From: an uncultured Bacilli bacterium
GTDB lineage: Bacteria > Bacillota_I > Bacilli_A > RF39 > UBA660
Direction: 5' to 3'
Assembly: GCA_934130005.1 (NCBI GenBank)
Contig: CAKOXD010000001.1
Coordinates: forward strand, 78,897 to 142,896
Length of the DNA: 64,000 nucleotides
Below are positions 50,112 to 59,757 of this stretch, in pieces. The notes under the pieces are model-generated. The model was given only the letters and a program-made list of their open reading frames with translations. It made no database searches and was not told where the DNA came from. Both the position numbers and the translations under genes were made by a program. Position 1 is the stretch's first letter. Each line of letters opens with the position of its first letter.

Positions 50112-51038
50112 ATGAAAATTGATTATTTTTGTTTTAGTATTCCAAGTCTATATCAAAATGATTATATTTTAAATAAAAAAGATGATGAAAATGATATTTG
50201 GATAAAAAATAAAGAAAAAGAATTAATGGACTCAGCTAGAGAAAATAATATGCTGATAGTATTTGATAGAACAACTAAAAAATTTTATATGAATAATAAA
50301 GAATTTGATGTCAAAGGCAAGGTTATATTTCCTAGAAGTTTTATTCTTTATGAAGAAGAACTTTTAAAAAAATTAGAAGAGAATGGTGCAATATCTATTC
50401 AAACAATGAAAGATATTGAAAACATAGAAAATTGGCCTCAAAAAATTCAACCTATTTATAGAAAAGTAATTGAAACAACATATAAAGATTTCAAACTCAA
50501 TAATGAATATTATAAATCTCTTTTTAAAAACATATTTTTTAAAACTGCTAAAAAAACTAATACTCATTGTACTTTAAAATCCTTTGGATTTATAGATATA
50601 TGCGGTGAAAAAATCTTTTTTACAAAACCAACATTATGGGATGTATCTTCAGATGACAATATTTTTCTTTCTGAAACATTTGAATCTATTATAGATATAG
50701 AAAATGACATGGATTGCAAAGAATATAGAGCCTTTGTTATAAATAATAATTTATTAAGCATTTCTAGATCATATATTGATTATCCAACAGAAATACCTAA
50801 TGAAGTTAAAACATTTATTAAAGAACAAATAGAAAAAACCTCTTCTATAAATGATTTCCCTAACAGTTATGTTTTAGATGTGGGACAAATGATTATAGAT
50901 AATAAAGAAGTAATTGACATTATAGAATATAATCAAATAACTTCATCTGGATTAGAAGTATGTAATCTTTTAGTTGATAACTTAATAAATTATAATAAAT
51001 CTAAAAGAAAAGAAAAAATATTAATTAAAAAAAATTAA
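50112..51038 (+). CDS. ATP-grasp fold protein of unknown substrate
   Basis: 308 aa with ATP-grasp-like spacing. There is a Lys block (IFFKTAKK), an E/R block (EYRAFVINNNLLSISRSY) and an acidic Mg block (YVLDVGQMIIDNKEVIDIIEYN). A terminator hairpin (AAACATAT-AAT-ATGTTT plus T-run) follows at 51075-51100. Confidence 0.55.
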   Translation: MKIDYFCFSIPSLYQNDYILNKKDDENDIWIKNKEKELMDSARENNMLIVFDRTTKKFYMNNKEFDVKGKVIFPRSFILYEEELLKKLEENGAISIQTMKDIENIENWPQKIQPIYRKVIETTYKDFKLNNEYYKSLFKNIFFKTAKKTNTHCTLKSFGFIDICGEKIFFTKPTLWDVSSDDNIFLSETFESIIDIENDMDCKEYRAFVINNNLLSISRSYIDYPTEIPNEVKTFIKEQIEKTSSINDFPNSYVLDVGQMIIDNKEVIDIIEYNQITSSGLEVCNLLVDNLINYNKSKRKEKILIKKN

Positions 51039-51125
51039 CTTTCAAATTTTTAAATTTAAAAACATATAATATGTTTTTTTATTATAAAAAAGAATATTAT
51101 TTATAAATGAAACATATAATTTACC

Positions 51126-51623
51126 ATGAAAACAATTATACACGATTTAGATAATGTTAAAACAAAAGAAAATTCAAATAATATCACAATATTAGAAGAT
51201 AAATTAGTAAATAATTGTATTGGATGTTTTAATTGTTGGACAAAAACACCAATGAATTGTATACATAATGATAATTTAAAAAAAACATCTAAAAAATTAT
51301 TAGAATCTGATACATTAATAATTGTAAGTAAAAACACAAATGGTACTTATAGTTCACATGTAAAAAAAATACTAGAAAGGAATATTGGATTTGTATATCC
51401 CTACTTTGTAATAAGAAAAAATGAAATACATCATAAATTAAGAAAAAATGAAACAAAAAATTTTATATTGATAATTTATGGAAAAACAACAAATAATGAA
51501 AAAAAACTATTACAAGATTTAGCACTTAGAAATTCCTATAATTTTAACTTAGAAATTAAAAATATCATATTTTGTAAAAATCAAAGTGAAGCTAGGAGAA
51601 AACTATATGAACACATATATTAA
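51126..51623 (+). CDS. Iron-sulfur-flavoprotein-like protein (Isf/NADPH-FMN-reductase-like, divergent N-terminus)
   Basis: CIGCFNCWTKTPMNC Cys cluster followed by an SDTLIIVSKNTNGTYSSHVKKILER block, as in Isf-type flavoproteins. The usual N-terminal SGSPR phosphate-binding loop is not evident. Confidence 0.5.
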   Translation: MKTIIHDLDNVKTKENSNNITILEDKLVNNCIGCFNCWTKTPMNCIHNDNLKKTSKKLLESDTLIIVSKNTNGTYSSHVKKILERNIGFVYPYFVIRKNEIHHKLRKNETKNFILIIYGKTTNNEKKLLQDLALRNSYNFNLEIKNIIFCKNQSEARRKLYEHIY

Positions 51624-52173
51624 CTGTAGTCCAAAATTAAAAAATAGTAATTCTGAATACTTTATTAATTTGATTAAAAATAATAAAGATACAATAAATT
51701 ATATTTATAAAGATAACATTAAAAATATAAAAGAAAATATAAAAAATAGTAACAATATAATATTTGTATATCCCCTATATATAGATACAATTCCATCAAA
51801 ATTAATTGAGATAATAGAAAATTTAGATAGTAATTTACTCAATAAAAAAAATTGTTATATTATATGTAATTGTGGATTTTTAGAACCATCTCATAATAAT
51901 CTTTCTATAAAAACAATGGAAAATTGGATTGCAAAAAATAATGGTATTTTTATGGGATATTTAAGTATAGGAAGCGGAGAAATAATTGGAATAACAAAAA
52001 GAAATAAATTATTAAAATTTTTCTGTAAAGATTTTTTAAAAAAAATAAATAAATTTAAAAAGAATTTAGATAACAATAATAAAGTTTATCTAACAACAAA
52101 TATAAAATGGCTAAATAAAAAATTTTTTTGTATTATATGTAATAAATTCTTTAAAAAAAGAATACAAAATTGA
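51607..52173 (+). CDS. Flavodoxin-like NAD(P)H-dependent FMN reductase family protein
   Basis: N-terminal INCSPKLKNSNSEYF (phosphate-binding SPK motif). IIFVYPLYIDTIPSKLIEIIENL is typical of the FMN_red/flavodoxin-like fold. The start is taken at the ATG at 51607 after AGGAGAAAACTAT. The ORF track begins at 51586. The reading frame overlaps the preceding gene by 17 nt. Confidence 0.6.
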   Translation: MNTYINCSPKLKNSNSEYFINLIKNNKDTINYIYKDNIKNIKENIKNSNNIIFVYPLYIDTIPSKLIEIIENLDSNLLNKKNCYIICNCGFLEPSHNNLSIKTMENWIAKNNGIFMGYLSIGSGEIIGITKRNKLLKFFCKDFLKKINKFKKNLDNNNKVYLTTNIKWLNKKFFCIICNKFFKKRIQN

Positions 52174-52215
52174 TAAATATAACAAAATATGATAAAATTT
52201 TCTTAGGAGGTTTTT

Positions 52216-52695
52216 ATGAACAAAAGAGATGATTATATTGATTGGGATACATATTTTATGTTAGTTGCTAAAGTATCTGCACTAAGAAGTAAAGATCCAA
52301 ATACTCAAGTTGGAGCATGTATAATAAACGATGAAAAAAAAATAATCAGTTGTGGATATAACGGTGCGCCTAATGGATTTAGTGATGAAATCATGCCATG
52401 GAATCGTGATGGTGATTTTACAAATTCAAAATATGCATATGTATGCCATGCGGAATTAAATGCTATATTAAATTCAAATGCTGATTTAAGAGGTACAACT
52501 ATATATGTTGATTTGTTTCCATGTAATGAATGTGCTAAAGCAATCATTCAATGTGGAATAAAGAAAGTAATATATCTATCAGATAAATACAATGGTACTG
52601 ATGGTAATGTGGTTGCAAAGAAAATGTTTGATGAATGTGGTGTTATATATGAAAAGTTCAAAGAGCAAAATAAAACATATCAAATAAAATTATAA
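52216..52695 (+). CDS. comEB: dCMP deaminase (ComEB family)
   Basis: Zinc-binding motifs CHAELNAI and PCNECAK are present. 159 aa, as expected for deoxycytidylate deaminase. Confidence 0.9.
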   Translation: MNKRDDYIDWDTYFMLVAKVSALRSKDPNTQVGACIINDEKKIISCGYNGAPNGFSDEIMPWNRDGDFTNSKYAYVCHAELNAILNSNADLRGTTIYVDLFPCNECAKAIIQCGIKKVIYLSDKYNGTDGNVVAKKMFDECGVIYEKFKEQNKTYQIKL

Positions 52696-52696
52696 A

Positions 52697-52722
52697 AAAA
52701 ATGCTAAAAAGCATTTTTTATT
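52697..52722 (+). terminator. Bidirectional terminator between convergent genes
   Basis: A-run, then AATGCT-AAAA-AGCATT, then T-run. Confidence 0.6.
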
Positions 52723-53137
52723 TATTTATCATATTTAACAAATTAATTTTGAACAAATCTTTATCCGAATGTTCTTTGGATACCATAACACCTTTATATG
52801 TAACAAGTTCAGATTGATGTCCTTCACTTAAAATATCTTCGGGAGTCAATTTATTTAACATAACTATCTTTTCATTCTCATACACAACATAATGTAATTT
52901 AATTTCACCATGAACTTTAGCAAATAAAGTATCTGTAGGCAATTTTAATTCATAACTTTTAGTATTATTTTTTTTATTTGTTGAAATTAATTCTCCTAAA
53001 AAATTACCTTCTTTTAATTTTTGATAATAATCAAAACGTAATTTTTTATAAGCTAACATATTATATTTTTTTAGTGAACGTTCAAGTTTATGAAATTCAT
53101 TTTCATTTACATAATCAAATAGATATGTTTCTTTCAT
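52718..53137 (-). CDS. Hypothetical protein; weak resemblance to RelE/ParE-type toxin beta-core
   Basis: 139 aa. A KVHGEIKLHYVVYENEKIVMLNKL segment resembles the RelE-family strand pattern. No antitoxin partner is evident. Confidence 0.4.
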   Translation of the reverse strand: MKETYLFDYVNENEFHKLERSLKKYNMLAYKKLRFDYYQKLKEGNFLGELISTNKKNNTKSYELKLPTDTLFAKVHGEIKLHYVVYENEKIVMLNKLTPEDILSEGHQSELVTYKGVMVSKEHSDKDLFKINLLNMINK

Positions 53138-53202
53138 AATGTTGCCCTCCCTTATTATTAGGTATTCTCTCTATTATAGATAATATCATATTTATATTTT
53201 AA

Positions 53203-53238
53203 AGTCAATAAAAGAAAAAGAGTGTTTATTAACACTCT
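53203..53238 (-). terminator. Rho-independent terminator of the surface-protein operon
   Basis: On the minus strand, AGAGTGTT-AATA-AACACTCT is followed by TTTTTCTTTTATT. It overlaps the stop codon. Confidence 0.55.
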
Positions 53239-54844
53239 ACATTTTTTTTACATCATTAGATGCAACTTCATATGATTCTGAATATGTCATAATAGCTTCT
53301 TTTAATTGTTTTAAACTGTTTAAAGACATTTCAAGTGAACTATTATATACTAAATCATCATATGTACTATTGTAACCAGCTATATATCCATTATTGAATG
53401 CATCTGATTCTCCATCAACTCTTGGATTAGTATTTCTAATACCCATTCCATAGTCTGTTCTAGCTTGATTACTTCCAGCTACATTTCCTCTTTTGAAATC
53501 TTGTTCAAATTTAACAAAGCCATCATATGTAGCATTATAACTTTTACTATATACTTCATTCCATTTTGCACTTTTACCAGCAACTGAAGGTCTATCAGTT
53601 CTAGTTCTAGCATTATAATCAGCTGTTGCTTGTGCATCTCCTGCATTCCAAGCTTCTATATATTCTTCTTCTGTTAATTCTACAACTTTACCATCATTAT
53701 CTGTTACAGTTTCAGTAGTTCCTTCTTTTTTATCTTCAGGTACTTGATCTGGAGATACAGTTGTTGTAGTTGTTCCAATTCTTTTTGAACTTTCACTATC
53801 AACTATTTGTTGTTGTCTTGCATTTTCTTGTTCTACATATTCTTCACTAACTGTTTTACCTTTATATTTTGATAAATCTAATTGACTAGATATACGTGAG
53901 ATAATCATACTATAAGAATAGTTACTATCACAATTTTCTACAAAGGAATTAGCTTGAAGAAATTTAGCAACTAATATATCTTCAGTTATAGATTCAAATC
54001 TACTTTCATAACTTCCTTGTGAAGCATCTTGATTCATTGTATTATCTACTTCACCTGTTGTTACTACTTTATCTGTACAAGCTTCTTCTATAGAGTTTAC
54101 TAATTGTATTTTTGTATCTTCATCAGTTACAACATTATCTAATAATATCATACTATCAGCTACCATAAATAATGTTTGTGGATTAATATCTTGAACAACA
54201 TTTTGATCTGTAATAATTGCTTCTTTTATACCAATTAATTCATCTAAATATTGCTTTGTTAATTCAGCATTACCATCCTTAATAGCTTGATTGTAATTTG
54301 CTACTAAATCAACATATTGTTTTAAATATTCATAATCATTTTTATCCTTAATTTCACCATTTTCATCTTTAGCAAATAATGATTCAACTTCGATTTTATT
54401 TTCATTATCTGATACAGCTATTCCATCTGACATAGTTGCAACAAATGTTACAAAATCTTTAGTCATAGTAGCTGAATCTAATTCACCATTTTGATTAATA
54501 GTTCCTAGAGTTCTAGAATCAATATCACCTAGGTTAAATGTAATATATGAATTTGTAATAAATTCTACTTTATCGTTTTTATTTTCTTCAGTAATTTCTA
54601 CTACACCATTTGGTAAAAGTTGATTATTAGTTAATTCAACAATATTTTTTTCAATATCATTAATATTATTAATAACATTTTGATTTGCATCATTGATTTC
54701 ATTAGCTTCAGTTGTTACTTCAGATGTTAATTCTACTGTAGGTTCTGCATCTTTACTACAAGCAGTAGTTGTACCAGCAAGAGCTAATGCCCCTGCTAGT
54801 ATTAATGCTTTTGCTCTACTAGATAAATATTTTATATTTTTCAT
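53237..54844 (-). CDS. Putative lipoprotein, large secreted protein of unknown function
   Basis: The signal peptide KALILAGALALAGTTTAC|SKD is lipobox-like. The rest is acidic and Thr-rich. GC content is visibly above the local average. Confidence 0.55.
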   Translation of the reverse strand: MKNIKYLSSRAKALILAGALALAGTTTACSKDAEPTVELTSEVTTEANEINDANQNVINNINDIEKNIVELTNNQLLPNGVVEITEENKNDKVEFITNSYITFNLGDIDSRTLGTINQNGELDSATMTKDFVTFVATMSDGIAVSDNENKIEVESLFAKDENGEIKDKNDYEYLKQYVDLVANYNQAIKDGNAELTKQYLDELIGIKEAIITDQNVVQDINPQTLFMVADSMILLDNVVTDEDTKIQLVNSIEEACTDKVVTTGEVDNTMNQDASQGSYESRFESITEDILVAKFLQANSFVENCDSNYSYSMIISRISSQLDLSKYKGKTVSEEYVEQENARQQQIVDSESSKRIGTTTTTVSPDQVPEDKKEGTTETVTDNDGKVVELTEEEYIEAWNAGDAQATADYNARTRTDRPSVAGKSAKWNEVYSKSYNATYDGFVKFEQDFKRGNVAGSNQARTDYGMGIRNTNPRVDGESDAFNNGYIAGYNSTYDDLVYNSSLEMSLNSLKQLKEAIMTYSESYEVASNDVKKM

Positions 54845-54868
54845 TTTAATCTCCCCTTTTATTAGTTA

Positions 54869-56383
54869 TTATTTTACACGAACTGTTTTAGTGTTTCCTG
54901 TATATTTATATCCTGCATTTAATAATTTTTTATCGTTATAAGTACTCCATTTTAAATCTACAGTTCCAGGTGTTACTATTTTCTTTCTAAATCTATAGAA
55001 AGTAGTTTTTTCACCTTTAGTAATTAAATCTCTATATCTATAATAAGTTGTAATTGTTGTTTTTGTTTCTAATTTTCTATATCTATAATAAGTTGTTGTT
55101 ACATCTTCATATACTGGAGTTGTTACTGTTTTTGTTTCATATCCTGTTAAAATAGTTCTATTTCCTAAGATAACTGTTTTTACAGTATTACGTTTAGCAC
55201 AACTATATGATGTAGATGTAATTGGTGTTCTTTGGTAAACTTTATAAACAAATGTTTTACCTGCTGTACAATTACCATCACAATACCAATTATATGTACC
55301 AACTAATTCATATCTTATTAATGCTGAACTTGTTTGTTTTGATGAGAATTTTTGCATACCAATATATGTTTCATTAAATCCAGATACAGTAGATGTTACA
55401 TTATATTGTGTACATGTTGTTACATTTTTTGAACCTATTGGTACTTTAATTGTTTCATATTTTGGTTTTGAGTAATCAGTTGTTGTTGTTTTAGTATTAC
55501 CTTTTAATACTTTTTTAGTTTCTGTTTTTGTTTCTACATCAACAGTATCAGATTCTTTTACTTCATTTGTTGACCATTCTGACCAGTTAGAATAAGTCTT
55601 AGTTGTTTTTTTATCTTCTTTTGTTTGAACTTGTCTTTTATCTGTTGCTTTTACTTCATTTGTTGACCATTCTGACCATGCAGTATAATATGATTCTTCA
55701 CTTGTTTCAGTTTTTGATTGAACTTCAACAGTATCAGATTCTTTTACTTCATTTGTTGACCATTCTGACCAATCTGTATATCTTGTAGTACCTGCTGTTG
55801 TTTTTTTGTATTCGTATAATGTATTGTATTTTGGAGTTACTTTTGTAGTTGTTTTTTTAGTTTCTGATTTATATATTTTAGAAGTTGTTCCTTTTTTCTC
55901 ACATAATTCTCCAGAACAATAATTATAACATCCTAAATGAACTAATAAGTAATTCTCTTCTTCACCACATTTTAAATTAACTTTCATAAGATATTCTTTA
56001 TCATTACTTTTAGTAATTTCAACATATGAAGAATCTAAATCACATTGTTTTCCATTTTTATCTGTAAATGGTAAGATTATTTTTTTATCAAGCATTTCTC
56101 TTAATGTTATTTTAGCAGTTGCTCCTACTTTTTGAGGTAATCTTTCATTTGTAAAATAACTTTGTGCTGCATCTTTCATATCATAGATGTTTTCATTAAA
56201 TATACGATCCGTTAATACTGATAAACCATCAGAATTATTTTTTGAATTATCAATTGATGAAACAGCTTTCTTTAAATCACTTTTCATTGGAAATAACCAA
56301 ATTAAGATAAATATAAATAAAGCTACGAATAAGAATTGTAAAATTACATTTCTCATTGAAAAATTGTTTGTTTCGGTATACAT
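54869..56383 (-). CDS. Membrane-anchored Thr/Lys-rich repeat protein
   Basis: An N-terminal transmembrane anchor is present. There are three tandem ~32-aa repeats of the form Y(T/S)xWSEWSTNEVK(E/A)(S/T)D..., plus Cys-rich segments. A G7 ribosome-binding site and two consensus promoters lie upstream. Confidence 0.55.
   Translation of the reverse strand: MYTETNNFSMRNVILQFLFVALFIFILIWLFPMKSDLKKAVSSIDNSKNNSDGLSVLTDRIFNENIYDMKDAAQSYFTNERLPQKVGATAKITLREMLDKKIILPFTDKNGKQCDLDSSYVEITKSNDKEYLMKVNLKCGEEENYLLVHLGCYNYCSGELCEKKGTTSKIYKSETKKTTTKVTPKYNTLYEYKKTTAGTTRYTDWSEWSTNEVKESDTVEVQSKTETSEESYYTAWSEWSTNEVKATDKRQVQTKEDKKTTKTYSNWSEWSTNEVKESDTVDVETKTETKKVLKGNTKTTTTDYSKPKYETIKVPIGSKNVTTCTQYNVTSTVSGFNETYIGMQKFSSKQTSSALIRYELVGTYNWYCDGNCTAGKTFVYKVYQRTPITSTSYSCAKRNTVKTVILGNRTILTGYETKTVTTPVYEDVTTTYYRYRKLETKTTITTYYRYRDLITKGEKTTFYRFRKKIVTPGTVDLKWSTYNDKKLLNAGYKYTGNTKTVRVK
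55520..55800 (-). repeat. Three tandem ~96-nt repeats inside the surface-protein gene
   Basis: ACTTCATTTGTTGACCATTCTGACCA recurs at about 55560, 55654 and 55746 with conserved flanks. Confidence 0.8.
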
Positions 56384-56388
56384 AAATA

Positions 56389-56395
56389 CCCCCCC
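56389..56395 (-). repeat. Homopolymeric G7 (gene sense) forming the ribosome-binding site of the repeat-protein gene
   Basis: AAAGGGGGGGTATTT-ATG. Seven G in an AT-rich 5' UTR. Confidence 0.8.
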
Positions 56396-56409
56396 TTTAA
56401 AAATTTTAT

Positions 56410-56545
56410 GTTCCCTATACTATCACAGAAACTTTGTTCTGTCAACAATTTTCACACATTTTTGTAAAAAAGTTTCAAAAGTCAATTTTGATATTGATTT
56501 CTAAAGCTTTTCTTTTCTTTGTTGTGATTAAATTCTACCACATTT
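56410..56545 (-). promoter_or_regulatory. Tandem consensus sigma-A promoters upstream of the surface-protein operon
   Basis: On the minus strand, the distal promoter is TTGACA-N17-TAGAAT with an extended -10 (TGgTAGAAT). The proximal promoter is TTGACA-N17-TAGTAT. Confidence 0.5.
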
Positions 56546-56556
56546 TAGGGATTTTG

Positions 56557-56823
56557 TCAAATTTTAATACGAACAATCGTACTGCCTACATTGTTGTAAC
56601 AGATCATATATTCTAGAACATTTTTATTTTTTTTCAAAGTTTCATGTGTAGCACTTTTTAATATTCCACTACCTATTCCATGAATAATAATGAATTTTTC
56701 ATTTTTTAATTTAATATTTTCTTTTATAAAATCATTGATTGCTAAAATTGCAGACATTCTATCATATCCATGTAAGTCAATTTTAGGTAAATTATCAACA
56801 AACAATGTACTACTTAAATTCAT
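56557..56823 (-). CDS. Smr (small MutS-related) domain protein
   Basis: IDLHGYDRMSAILAINDFI...IIHGIGSGILK matches the Smr domain. The start is taken at the ATG at 56823, preceded by GGAAGAGG. The ORF track extends to 56910. Confidence 0.65.
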   Translation of the reverse strand: MNLSSTLFVDNLPKIDLHGYDRMSAILAINDFIKENIKLKNEKFIIIHGIGSGILKSATHETLKKNKNVLEYMICYNNVGSTIVRIKI

Positions 56824-56964
56824 ATTCTTTCCTCTTCCATTATATGTCACAGTTAATATTATAAAACAAAAAACATTATTAAACAACAAATATTTAAAAT
56901 ATTGTATCAAAAAAGTAAATAGCTTTTCTCTATTTACTTTTTGTCTAAATTTCTAATAATTATA

Positions 56965-59595
56965 TTAGTTATTACCTTTTTCTTTAATTGCAGCTTGTGC
57001 AGCAGCAAGTCTTGCTATTGGTACTCTAAATGGTGAACATGAAACATAAGTTAAACCAATATTATGACAAAATTCAACACTAGAAGGGTCCCCTCCATGT
57101 TCTCCGCAAATACCTAATTTAATATCTGATCTTACTTTTTTTCCAAGCTCAACTGCCATTTTTACAAGTTTTCCAACACCTTTTTGATCAATTCTTGCAA
57201 ATGGATCTTGTTCATAAATTTTATTTTCATAATAAGAATCTAAGAATTTTCCAGCATCATCTCTTGAAAATCCAAATGTCATTTGTGTTAAGTCATTTGT
57301 TCCAAATGAGAAAAATTCAGCTTCTTTTGCTATCTCATCTGCTGTTAATGCTGCTCTTGGAATTTCAATCATTGTACCAATATGATATTCCATATTAGAA
57401 TTTTTTTCTTTTTTTACTAATTCAGCTGTAGAAACGACTATATCCTTAACAAATTTTAATTCTTTTACTTCTCCTACTAATGGAATCATAATTTCTGGTA
57501 CAATATCAAATCCATCTTCTTCTTTTACCTCTATTGCAGCTTCCATTAATGCCCTAGTTTGCATTCTAGCAATTTCTGGATATGTAACGTCAAGTCTACA
57601 TCCTCTATGTCCCATCATAGGATTAAATTCATGAAGTTCACTACATTTTGCTTTTAAATGTTCTACTGTAACATTCATATCTTTAGCAAGTGCTACTATA
57701 TCAGACTCTTCTTTAGGTAAAAATTCATGAAGAGGTGGATCTAAATAACGAACAGTCATTGGAAGGCCTTTTAACTCTTTATACATTTCTTTAAAGTCGC
57801 CTTTTTGGTATGGAATTAATAATGATAAAGCTTTTTCTCTTTCTTCTAATGTTTCAGATAAGATCATTTTTCTAATAGCAAAGATTCTTTCTTCATCAAA
57901 GAACATATGCTCTGTACGACAAAGTCCTATTCCTTCTGCACCTAATTCAATGGCTTTTTTAGTATCTCTTGGTGTATCAGCATTCGTTCTTACACCTAAT
58001 TTTCTATATTTATCCGCCCACTCCATAACGCGTTTAAATTCTCCTACTACTTTAGCGTCTACTGTTTCAATTTTACCATCATAAATATATCCTGTTGTAC
58101 CATCAATAGAAATAATATCACCTTCATGATATGTCTTTCCATCCAAAGTGAATTCTTTATTTTCTTCATCCATTTGAATTTCTCCACATCCTGATACACA
58201 ACAAGTTCCCATTCCACGAGCCACTACTGCAGCATGACTAGTCATTCCACCACGTACTGTCAAAATACCTTGACTTGCTTTCATTCCTGTAATATCCTCT
58301 GGTGAAGTTTCAAGTCTAACAAGAATTACTTTTTCTCCATTTTTATTCCAAGCTTCTGCATCTTCTGCTGTAAATACTACCTTACCACATGCAGCACCTG
58401 GACTAGCTCCTAATCCTTTACCAACAGGTTTTGATTTTTTTAAGGAATCAACATCAAATTGTGGATGTAACAATGTATCTAAATTTCTTGGATCAATCAT
58501 TAAAACTGCTTCTTCTTCAGTACGCATTCCCTCATCTACTAAATCACATGCAATTTTCAAAGCAGCTTGTGCTGTTCTTTTTCCATTTCTAGTTTGTAAC
58601 ATATATAATTTGCCATGTTCAACAGTAAATTCCATATCTTGCATATCTCTATAATGAGATTCTAATATTTTACAAACTTTTTTAAATTCTATAAATGCTT
58701 CTGGAAATTTGGTTTCCATTTCATTGATTTTCATAGGAGTACGAACACCAGCTACTACATCTTCTCCTTGTGCATTTGTTAAAAATTCTCCAAATAATCC
58801 TTTTTCACCTGTTGCTGGATCTCTAGTAAATGCAACTCCTGTTCCACAGTCATCACCCATGTTACCAAATGCCATAGATTGAACATTTACTGCAGTTCCC
58901 CATGAATATGGAATATCATTATCTCTTCTATAAACATTAGCTCTTGGATTATCCCATGAGCGAAATACTGCTTTTATAGCACCCATTAATTGTTCTTTTG
59001 GGTCATCAGGAAAATCTTTTCCTATCTTTTCTTTATATTCTTCTTTAAATTCTCTAGCTAATTCTTTTAAATCTTCAGAATCTAATTCAATATCTTGAGT
59101 TACTCCTTTTTCTTGTTTCATTTTATCTATAAGTTGTTCAAAATATTTTTTTCCAACTTCCATAACTACATCTGAATACATTTGAATAAACCTTCTATAA
59201 CAATCCCATGCCCATCTTGGATTATTTGATTTTTCTGCTATTACATTAACAACTTCTTCATTTAATCCTAAATTAAGAATTGTATCCATCATACCTGGCA
59301 TTGAAGCTCTAGCACCACTTCTTACTGATACTAATAATGGATTTTCCATATCTCCAAACTTCTTACCAGTTATTTTTTCCAATTTTTCAATATACTCATT
59401 TATTTGAAATTGGATTTCATCACTTATTTCTTTTCCATCTTCATAATATTTTGTGCAAGCTTCTGTTGTAATTGTAAATCCTTGTGGAACAGGAAGACCT
59501 ATATTTGTCATCTCAGCTAAATTAGCTCCTTTTCCACCTAGTAAGTTTCTCATACTAGCATTACCCTCACTAAATAGGTAAACGAATTTTGTCAT
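56965..59595 (-). CDS. ppdK: Pyruvate, phosphate dikinase
   Basis: 876 aa. A PEP-utilising enzyme mobile domain with the GGMTSHAAVVARG catalytic-His loop is present. N-terminal ATP-grasp and C-terminal TIM-barrel domains are present. Confidence 0.95.
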   Translation of the reverse strand: MTKFVYLFSEGNASMRNLLGGKGANLAEMTNIGLPVPQGFTITTEACTKYYEDGKEISDEIQFQINEYIEKLEKITGKKFGDMENPLLVSVRSGARASMPGMMDTILNLGLNEEVVNVIAEKSNNPRWAWDCYRRFIQMYSDVVMEVGKKYFEQLIDKMKQEKGVTQDIELDSEDLKELAREFKEEYKEKIGKDFPDDPKEQLMGAIKAVFRSWDNPRANVYRRDNDIPYSWGTAVNVQSMAFGNMGDDCGTGVAFTRDPATGEKGLFGEFLTNAQGEDVVAGVRTPMKINEMETKFPEAFIEFKKVCKILESHYRDMQDMEFTVEHGKLYMLQTRNGKRTAQAALKIACDLVDEGMRTEEEAVLMIDPRNLDTLLHPQFDVDSLKKSKPVGKGLGASPGAACGKVVFTAEDAEAWNKNGEKVILVRLETSPEDITGMKASQGILTVRGGMTSHAAVVARGMGTCCVSGCGEIQMDEENKEFTLDGKTYHEGDIISIDGTTGYIYDGKIETVDAKVVGEFKRVMEWADKYRKLGVRTNADTPRDTKKAIELGAEGIGLCRTEHMFFDEERIFAIRKMILSETLEEREKALSLLIPYQKGDFKEMYKELKGLPMTVRYLDPPLHEFLPKEESDIVALAKDMNVTVEHLKAKCSELHEFNPMMGHRGCRLDVTYPEIARMQTRALMEAAIEVKEEDGFDIVPEIMIPLVGEVKELKFVKDIVVSTAELVKKEKNSNMEYHIGTMIEIPRAALTADEIAKEAEFFSFGTNDLTQMTFGFSRDDAGKFLDSYYENKIYEQDPFARIDQKGVGKLVKMAVELGKKVRSDIKLGICGEHGGDPSSVEFCHNIGLTYVSCSPFRVPIARLAAAQAAIKEKGNN

Positions 59596-59695
59596 AAATC
59601 TCCTCCTATCTTGACAATATAATTATAACAAATCAAATTATTTTATTCAATAAATTTTATTTTATTATATAAAAGTTATTTTTATTAAAAATATA

Positions 59696-59750
59696 TAAAA
59701 AAAGATTTTCTAAAATTGCAATTAAATGCAACAAAGAAAATCTTTTGGAT
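59696..59750 (-). terminator. Terminator after the DUF4163/DUF3298-like gene
   Basis: AAGATTTTCT...AGAAAATCTT 10-bp stem with an internal TTGCA/TGCAA stem, followed by a T7 run on the minus strand. Confidence 0.5.
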
Positions 59751-59757
59751 AGACTTA

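Noticed and set aside
51586-51623. Overlap of the two flavoprotein ORFs, considered as a single gene broken by a frameshift
   Set aside because: Each ORF on its own has the length and motifs of a complete flavodoxin-like protein (about 165-190 aa). A good ribosome-binding site and ATG at 51607 reduce the overlap to 17 nt. A sequencing check is still advisable.
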